Origin: the human T2T-CHM13v2.0 reference genome, Homo sapiens
DNA length: 64,000 bases
Direction: 5' to 3' (one strand)
Assembly: GCF_009914755.1 (NCBI RefSeq)
Contig: NC_060926.1
The first letter of the stretch is position 1. Each line of letters starts with the position of its first letter. A model generated the notes under the pieces. The model saw only the letters and a program-made list of their open reading frames with translations, did no database searches and had not been told where the DNA came from. Both the position numbers and the translations under genes were made by a program. Shown here in pieces: positions 55,441 through 64,000 of the stretch.

Positions 55441-56364
55441 GAGGGTACCTACAGAGACTGTGCAAGCTTCTAGCCAAATGTGCAAATGTTTAGAAGCCAC
55501 AAGTAATGGTTTCCAGCAAACTCTTCAAAAATAAATTGGTTGAAAATTACATTGTACATTGTTCAAAACTACAAATGAATAAAATGTAAGTATGTCCAAT
55601 TGCTAACTTTAAAACTGTTTTCCAGCAGCAGCCACTCTTATTTCCAAATAACAAGAGGGAAGATGCTAGACAAATACTTCTCCACAATAAAAAAAAGTAT
55701 GCACTTATTTGCCTCACTTGGCATTTTGTGAGAGACTTTATCAAAGCTATTTAATTAAATAAGTAACGGAAATACTGTGCAGGGTAAATGGAGTAAACAT
55801 AGCTAAATAGCTAGGATAGGTACAAGCCAGAGAAAAATTCCCAAACTAGATTATTTCTCATTAATTTGACACTCCCAATAAGTACAGACATTATTATGGC
55901 CTTTGGCTTAATGACTCCCATTTATAATTAGTAAGAGCTACCTGCTTAGTTTCAAGAATCATGGTTTATAAAAGTAGGAATGGTACCACAGGCTGACCTC
56001 TGTTTTTAAAAGTAGAAACAATCAGGCTGCTATTTCTTTAGTTTGAGTAATTGCTGTTTTTAAAAGTAAAGCAGGCATCAGTGACTGGAAAAATTGCAAA
56101 ATCAGTGGCTGGAAATATTCATTTTTGACCAATCTATCATTTCAACAAGTTTGTTTTTGACTTATTCATTTGCAACCTTTTCCCCAAACAATTTATTAGC
56201 AACCAGATCACTTGCTTCTCTCAGGGCAGAGATTCAACAGCTGCATTTATTCCTGCTCCAATGGCAAGGCTGAGCCAAGAGCAGGGGGAGCCCTGTGATA
56301 GCTGGCTCCCAAGGAGGTAACAGTGCCAGCAGAAGAGGATACTGACTCCGCTACTTAGAGTTAC

Positions 56365-56469
56365 CACAACCCACACAGAAAAGGAGCTGTCCAGCACAGC
56401 GGTGCTTCCCTCTGCCATGACAGCCTGCCCTGCTGCTTTCTCCATCCACCTCCCTGGGCTGCTGGATAC
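56365..56469 (-). other. Candidate 105-nt exon in a GC-richer unique patch
   Basis: Minus strand reads ctttttattttgcttcatcag|GTATCC...GTG|gtaact. No stop codon in any frame. Confidence 0.2.
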
Positions 56470-56623
56470 CTGATGAAGCAAAATAAAAAGATACCACAGA
56501 AACATCCTCTTCTCTGTGACTGGGTCTTTGATTCTCAGGAAAGAACATGCCCAACCTCTAGTAGAAATCAGCCTTGCTCTTTCTGGGCACACGTACATCT
56601 CTTCTTGTTTAAACAGCTAACAT

Positions 56624-57445
56624 GAAGGACATGAACAGACACTTCTCAAAAGAAGACATTTATGCAGCCAAAAAACACATGAAAAAATGCTCACCATCAC
56701 TGCCCATCAGAGAAATGCAAATCAAAACCACCATGAGATACCATCTCACACCAGTTAGAATGGCAATCATTAAAAAGTCAGTAAACAACAGGTGCTGGAG
56801 AGGATGTGGAGAAATAGGAACACTTTTACACTGTTGGTAGGACTGTAAACTAGTTCGACCATTGTGGAAGTCAGTGTGGCGATTCCTCAGGGATCTAGAA
56901 CTGGAAATACCATTTGACCCAGCCATCCCATTACTGGGTATATACCCAAAGGACTATAAATCATGCTGCTATAAAGACACATGCACACGTATGTTTATTG
57001 TGGCACTATTCACAATAGCAAAGACTTGGAACCAACCCAAATGTCCAACAATGATAGATTGGATTAAGAAAATGTGGCACATATACACCATGGAATACTA
57101 TGCAGCCATAAAAAAGGATGAGTTCACGTCCTTTGTAGGGACATGGATGAAATTGGAAATTATCATTCTCAGTAAACTATTGCAAGAACAAAAAACCAAA
57201 CACCGCATATTCTCACTCATAGGTGGGAATTGAACAATGAGAACACACGGACACAGGAAGGGGAACATCACACTCTGGGGACTGTTGTGGGGTGGGGGGA
57301 GGGGGGAGGGATAGCTTTAGGAGATATACCTAATGCTAAATGACGAGTTAATGGGTGCAGCACACCAGCATGGCACATGTATACATATGTAACAAACCTG
57401 CACATTGTGCACATGTACCCTAAAACTTAAAGTATAATAATAAAA
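56624..57445 (+). mobile_element. 5'-truncated L1PA3-like LINE-1 (ORF2 C-terminus with one in-frame stop, plus 3' UTR)
   Basis: ORFs 56622-56840 and 56862-57233 are in the same frame and encode the ORF2p Cys-rich tail ending ..HRIFSLIGGN. taaatgacgagttaatggg and caccagcatgg fit L1PA3. 15-bp TSD at 56611-56625 and 57442-57456. Confidence 0.97.
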
Positions 57446-57649
57446 AGCTAATGTGAGAATAATTATGTGATATATGAAAAAATAAGGCAGTTTAGAGAGA
57501 CCAATAAATGCATTGAAGAAGATGCCCTTCTATGAAATAAACTTGCTTCAAGAATAAGATTTTATTAAAAATTAAATTTGTATTTTCCACTAGACTCAAA
57601 AGTATAGCACCTCTATACATCAAGAACTTGTACAAATGAAATAATCATA

Positions 57650-58180
57650 ATGTGAGATCAAGGGCAACTACAAGACTAAGATCAACATATATCTAAAATA
57701 CAAAGTAGGCAACTAGGAGCAGATTGGCTATAACAGAATACATAATAAATGATTTAAATCAAGGCTTAAAATCAATAAAAGGATAAAGAGATGAAAGTAA
57801 TTGAAAAAAGTATTAAAATATATGAAAAGACTGTCATAAAAATACACATAAAGTAATAGTACAGTAAAAGATGTGAAACTCATTCCCTGAATAAATATTG
57901 AAGGTTTCAGATTATTGTGTATCAGTAAGAAATTGTATGTACCTGGGTATATTCTTGGCTAAATTATTGAATCCTAATGATGTGGAGAAAAAAGAAATTC
58001 AAAGCATCTTTTTTCCTTCCTCAAAAAATGGTTTCCAGTTTGGTGGGAAAATTCTGCTTATTCTCTAATTTCCCTTCACACCCTAAATATCTATAGGCAA
58101 GGTAAAACTTCTGCAAAATTTTGGAAGATAATGCTTATAGCCCAAGATTTTTTCATACAGACAAACTATAGTTCATATAA
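57650..58180 (+). mobile_element. HAL1/L1 ORF1-like relic
   Basis: cctgggtatattcttggctaaattattgaat; cccaagattttt..cagacaaactatagttca. Confidence 0.5.
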
Positions 58181-58182
58181 TA

Positions 58183-58403
58183 TAGGATTTGGCAAACTCA
58201 ACCTGTGTGCAAAATCAGGCCTACCACTTGTGGTAAATAAAGTTTTATGGTAACATAGCCATGACTATTCTTTTGCATATTGTTATTGCTGCTTTCACAT
58301 TACAATGACAGAGTACTGTATGGTCTACAAAGCCTTAAATATTTAGCATCTGGCTTTTAACAGAAAACCTTTGCTGACCTGATACAAAATTTGCTGATCC
58401 CTG
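58183..58403 (+). mobile_element. MER58A with a duplicated right end
   Basis: ttggcaaact..gtaaataaagttttatggtaacatagccatg..aaagccttaaatattta..acagaaaacctttgctgacc. Confidence 0.88.
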
Positions 58404-58854
58404 ATTCAAAACATATACCATGGTTCAGAAAGATTACCAGACATTTATGCTTTCAATAAAGATATAATGTAAATTAAATTTGAGGGAGAATCCCATAAAA
58501 CATAGGATAAAGTTTAGATAATTGTGATAAGTTACCATAAAACATATGCATATGTTAAAAAAACTGGAAAAGACTAGGCTAACAGTATAATAGGTACTTA
58601 TCATTGAAAGCAATTGTGATATGTGTGCGAAAATGCTTTGAAACCTGGAACAAGCTAAACTAATTAATTGGATTATCATTGGCCACAAGAAGACCACTAA
58701 TTAGAGGAATAACTAGCTCACAAATAGTAACATGCAATTTAGTTGCTAAATCATAGTGCAGCAGTGGTGAATTTTACTTTTCCTTACTATTAGTAACATG
58801 AATTTTAGTATGGCTCTTTTGATTTCAAGAAATTAAGAACCAACCCAGCTAGTC

Positions 58855-59012
58855 CAGTGATTTAAAATCCCAGCTGCACATTAGAACCACCTCAGGTGGT
58901 TTCAAGCAAAACGCAAGTGCCCTTCCCCTACTCCATTAAATCAGGACCTCTTAAGTACTTTTTTAAAAGCTTTCATATGCTTTAGATATGCACCTAGAGT
59001 CAAGAAGAACTG
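58855..59012. mobile_element. MER5B-like
   Basis: cagctgcacattagaaccacct..attaaatcag..ttttaaaagct..atatgcacctagagtcaagaagaactg. Confidence 0.75.
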
Positions 59013-61229
59013 AGTTATTAAAATACATACATACCTACAAACATAAATGACACCTCTATTAAGGATAGATATGAAGTGGGGAGATAACTTTCATGAAGAA
59101 TAAGATTCATCATAACCCAGAGATTCATGAAACTTAGAGGTGAGAAAACTTATCCTAAGAGTTTGGATGCACGTAAGTGTATTTCATTTCCATTTTCTGT
59201 ATCAGCTTTTCCACTTGTTACTACCAACTGGATTCTGCCGGTTTCTGTTCCTCCAATAAATTTTTGTCAATATTTTGTCAATATTTTAGATTTTTCATGG
59301 GCCTCTGTTGTCAATCCCACCTTATGGGAACATTTCATGGTAATGTCTATTTTTTCTAGCCCTGATTCCTTCAGTTTTCTAATTCAAACAACCAACAAAA
59401 AGTTCCAAGGAAAGTCAGTCTGTTTGAGGTTGCTCATATTTGATGTCATTTCATAGGTCACAAATCAGAGGTCCTTAGTTAGTGGGTATTTTTTTAAGTT
59501 GCTTTTGGTCATATAAAAAGTGCTTCTGTTTGTAGGGACAAACTAAAAGGAACCAGAACCAGCCTGAGGTCAGTGTGTAACAGCTAGAGCTACCGACCAT
59601 GAAAGCCAAGTCTACTGGCGAATTGGGGAGTACTTAGGCAAATGTGAAGAGAGGGCAGCTGTTACATAGTCAATATAAAATAAATCCTTGGAATCCAACT
59701 GTAGCCTAACGTCCTTCTAGCCTCTTTTTCTTTTTTTCATCTCTTTCCTTCTTTCTTTCTTCCACACTCAGTATTTTCTTTTTCCTATTTTCATCTCTTC
59801 TTCTATTTATTCCTCTGTCCCCTTAATACAAAGTAAAAATCTCATAATCATCATTGTATTCCCAATATATTTCAAGGGTAATTAGAATATTATTCATTTG
59901 CTTGATTAAAACCAGAACATATATTATTACAATAAATTTTAAATAGTTAAAACACACTACAAAGAGAATTAGTATAAGATGTCAAACAAAGCTAGAATTA
60001 TGTTTTCTTGTTTTCTATATTTGGCATATGATTCAAACAATCTTATTTATTTAGACGATTGTTTTAAATATATTACTTATATCAATCTAATATAGGTAAT
60101 ATTGGATACTTAGTTCCTTTGAATCTTAAGACAGTAAGTCTTGGTTTTAATTGCTTGATTTTAAAATGGAGTTTCTATAAATATACTTAGAAATTAGAGT
60201 TTTTTATTGAGTGAGTATTGAAATAACCAATTTCTAAGTGACTTTTACAAATTTTTTCATGACTTGGGCCAGTCAAAAAGTTTGTCATTTTGAAAACAAA
60301 GTCTTTTTTCTTCCTTCGCTAAACTTTGTCAGTCTCCTTTGTTATCTGCTAAACTTGGCAATGGTTTTCAAGATCTGTAGCTAAATTTATTCTTTTATAC
60401 ATGGTTATTTAGCATACTTGAATCAAAGGAACTATACTAACAACCTGAAAGAATACACTTCAAAATAAACATATTGTGTTTGTCTCAAGTTTTTTTATTT
60501 CCTGACAAATATATTGAGATTTGGAAGGCCATTTGTCTTTCAGTAATAAACCATTATCTTGTCACAGTGGATAATTCTTTCAGTAGAGTTGTCTTAATAT
60601 TCCAAAGTCACTTTTTCTTTATTTCCTTTTTTACTTGGGTAGCTTCAGCACTTAGATATTAGAACCAAATAACAAGAAACTAAATGTAATGGCTTATATT
60701 TGGCCTAGAGTCAACACAAGCTCGTTGAGTGTGGTGCCAGTTCCTCCTCAATCATCATTTGGAACACATTCCATGTGCCTGACCAGCATAATTTGTTTAG
60801 AATCAAGTCACTGGCAAGAGACTCAATAATTTTGTTTTCTTTTCAAATGAGTTACATGGGATTCCTTAAACCTGAACAACACTATTCTGTTATGGGCATG
60901 TTCTGTACCAAGTAATTAACTCACATACAATGACAGTACAATAGGAAAGCTGAAAGGGCAATAAATGTTTGCCCAATGATCATTACTTGACCACTTTTGG
61001 GAGGAGTGAAAAGTAAAGCAAAATACATTTTACCCACATCTTAAAGTCGCTTTTTACATTAAATATATTTTTCTTGGCCTTGTGAAGTCTATTATACCTG
61101 AAATAATATCTCCAACTTCTCTCAAGAGCAGCAGGCTTATTTATCCCTAATTGCTTGTCAAATCAGGAATCTTAAGAATTAAGAATCAAAACAATGTTCT
61201 TTGTTTTTTGTATCTGCTTTGTTTTTAGA

Positions 61230-61460
61230 GGCAGGGTAGAGCAGCAGTTAAGAGCAGGAGTTAGCAGACTATGGCTTGCAGGCCAGTCTGGCCGCCTATC
61301 TGTGTGTCACCCACGAACTAAGAGTGTTTTTCATAAACATTTGCAAACTATTTCATGGTAGAGAACAACTGGAGTCAGTTTGTCTGGATTCTACCTTTGT
61401 TTGACTGTTGGATGTTGGATTAATTTTGTAATCTTCCTATGCCTTAATTTATAACATATA
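61230..61460 (+). mobile_element. MIR interrupted by a MER58-like fragment (about 61255-61370)
   Basis: gcagcagttaagag|caggagttagcagactatggcttgcaggcc..ccacgaactaagagtgtttttca. Confidence 0.6.
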
Positions 61461-61899
61461 TACTTAGAAAAAAGCCTGTAAATATATGCCTATAACTTAG
61501 ATAGTTATTGATGAAAAATTTACTGGTGATTTTTTGGGGGTGTGGCATTTTCAAATTTTTGTGCTAAACATGCAATTATTTTGTAATATAAAGATGCTAT
61601 TGGCTTTATTGAATAGTAAATGAAAAGAATTCAGATTAAATGTCCTCAGAAAAAAATAGATTAGCACTTTTTAGTATCTTTGTAAAAAGAGATTTAGGTA
61701 AATATGTTTGGGAATTTAAAAAATATTAATCTAAGATAATATGGCTGTATATTTTCTTATTTGTATTAAAATGACTTGAATATTTTGAGAAAACCCAGCA
61801 TAAAAACATGGGATTATAATAGATAATTTAACAATTATTTTTAATTCATGATAAAATATAGTGTGCAATATTAAGGGAATATCTATATATGGTATACAC

Positions 61900-62130
61900 A
61901 GTATTGTGTAATGCTGAATAGCTCTAGATCTGGAGTTTATGATTAAAATATGGCTTCTGCCATTAACAGTTCTTACCTTGGGTAAGTGCAATGTATCTTA
62001 AGATGCAACCTATGTCTCTTTTTTTTCAAAATGAGGAAAATATGGTTTTTCTTAATGGGAGTGTTTTGAGGGCAAGGTAGAAAAATTCATGGAAACATGT
62101 GAGCACAATTCCTGTCACATAAATGTTTAT
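61900..62130 (+). mobile_element. MIR
   Basis: ggcttctgccattaacagttcttaccttgggtaagt..aaaatgagg..gagcacaattcctgtcacata. Confidence 0.7.
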
Positions 62131-62239
62131 GACTCAACCACAATTTATATAAATTTATTCTATGCATCTGACTTTATTTTCCAATTTAAGTACAGAATAA
62201 AAACAATAGCAAATTATAAAGTTATATCAGTAAAAAACA

Positions 62240-62480
62240 CAACAGTTTACTAGAATACCATAGAAAGCTATCATTTGGAGTAAAAAATATCAATTCCAGT
62301 CCTAGTTTTGCCACTTCCTTGATTTATTTCTAACTCTGGACAAGCCATTAGAGTTTTTTTTTTTTAACCCCAGTTTCTTTAAATCTATAAAATGAGTTGA
62401 TTTTAGTAGTCCTTCTTATATCACAATGTAATGTGAGAAGCAAATTAGATAATTGAATATCCTTTAGAGTAAATAGTAGC
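62240..62480 (+). mobile_element. MIR
   Basis: ttccagtcctagttttgccact..ctctggacaagcc..cccagtttctttaaatctataaaatgag. Confidence 0.7.
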
Positions 62481-64000
62481 ACCAATTTTAATTATTGTGT
62501 TTATACTTGGCCAATCTTGAAAATAAGTTTATATTGCTAATGCCAGTATTTCAAATTTTAAGTCTAGGGTTTTAAGGCTGCTCTCAACAGTTCCTTAATT
62601 TATTCTGTCTAGTCCACCAAAATCTGAAAAAAAAGTGACCTTCAAAACAGAAATAATAAACCTGCAGAGTTGCTGAGAGTCAACACATTAATTATTTCTC
62701 CATTCAGTGTGATACAGAAGCTTTCAAAGTGAGATCAGCGCTGCTTTAGCCTGTTGTATCGCATCAATCTTAGGGGTCATGACAAACATTCAAATCTCTC
62801 CAGAAAGAGTGTTCAGTGTGGGGGCCAGATTAGCAAGATTAAACACTGCTTTTTGGTTGCAGCATTGCTAATTTTCATATTAGTAGAAAATATCATGTTC
62901 ATATATACATATATATGTATCAAACCAACTCTCAAATAGTTTTCCATTATCCTCCATATTGAAAGACCTACCACATAATGCCCATCCATTAAATTCTATG
63001 AAACTATGATTCATTAATGTGAACAATCATGAGTTAATTGAACAAACTTTTTTGCTCTTTTTATACATATACAAACCAATCACGCTGGATTATCATCACT
63101 GCCTGATGAATAAATTGAACCCAAGTTGACTTTCAAAGTCATCTACATAGTATTTAATAGTTGATAGCTGTTAATGAGCCAATTAAACAAAATATTTAAT
63201 GTAGACTTCTTGAGAATGTATAAACCACAAGTGACCTTATAAAGTACAGTACGATGAAAATAGCTAATGTTCCAGAATATGCTTGTGACAAATGTGTCCG
63301 GGGCATAGAGAGGTGAGAGGAGTGACTGAAATATTTTCGTCATTGGTCAGTGATGGATTGAATTAACCCTTGGGAAAGATCCACTTTTTCTTTTTTGGGG
63401 GGTGGCAGGCATAACTTTCTGCATATTTACATTATTGGACACTCCTCCAAACTGACAATATCCACTTACATTATTACACAATAATTCTAAAATCTACCAA
63501 AATGGAAACATCATTATTTGCAGTTTATTTTAGCTTCTAAACTAAATTAATCAAAAAGCATATGTCAGGGAGAAAAGCAGTTAAGAATGTTATCCTTTAA
63601 AAATGTTAGAGTCCTACATAACAGAATTCGAGTCCCTGCAGGAAAATGATAAAACTCCAGAGTTGAGGAGAGTAGCTTACACTTGCAATTTAAGGCAATC
63701 AATTTAAAGTTAATAATAATTTTAATCAGTGTTTAAACTGATGAGTAATCTGATCTGGTAATTATTGCAGATTTTCCAACTCCACAAACCCTTATCTGGA
63801 AAATGACCTCGTACTTCTGCCTACTCAATATGCATAGTGATTATACTGATACTTTAAAACCCTAGAATAGAGGAGGAGAGGCAGGACTTAGATGGTAACT
63901 CAGGTTCCTTTTTTTTCTCTCTGTCTCTGTCTCTATCTCTTCCCAACATAACATATTCTTTAATTTTCAATGTATCTTATTGTTGCCTCCAGGAATAAGC

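Noticed and set aside
56622-57233. L1 ORF2-like ORFs as a functional CDS
   Set aside because: The element is 5'-truncated (about 0.8 kb) and has an in-frame stop.

Overview
AT-rich, CpG-depleted primate (human-like) genomic DNA, probably intronic or intergenic. I found no supportable protein-coding gene, tRNA, rRNA or CpG island. The ORF track is explained by repeats (Alu, THE1, L1 ORF2 remnant) or by chance. Much of the window is interspersed repeat: two complete THE1 (MaLR) proviruses, a THE1 solo LTR, MLT1/MLT2/LTR33 relics, eight Alus, a young 5'-truncated L1PA3-like insert, old L1M/HAL1/L2/MIR pieces, MER DNA transposons and two MADE1 hairpins. Subfamily names come from remembered consensus sequences, not a RepeatMasker run. 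The most unusual feature is a 154-bp, ~98% identical inverted copy of unique sequence (12972-13125 vs 14931-15084). It is inserted into an LTR33, with a 13-bp target duplication and fold-back sequence at both junctions, and it places a splice acceptor upstream of two donors. Two sense THE1 LTRs that lost their poly(A) signal but kept or improved a splice donor, plus several microexon-like cassettes, suggest LTR-initiated or microexon-containing transcripts. These remain hypotheses, and I could not identify a host gene.
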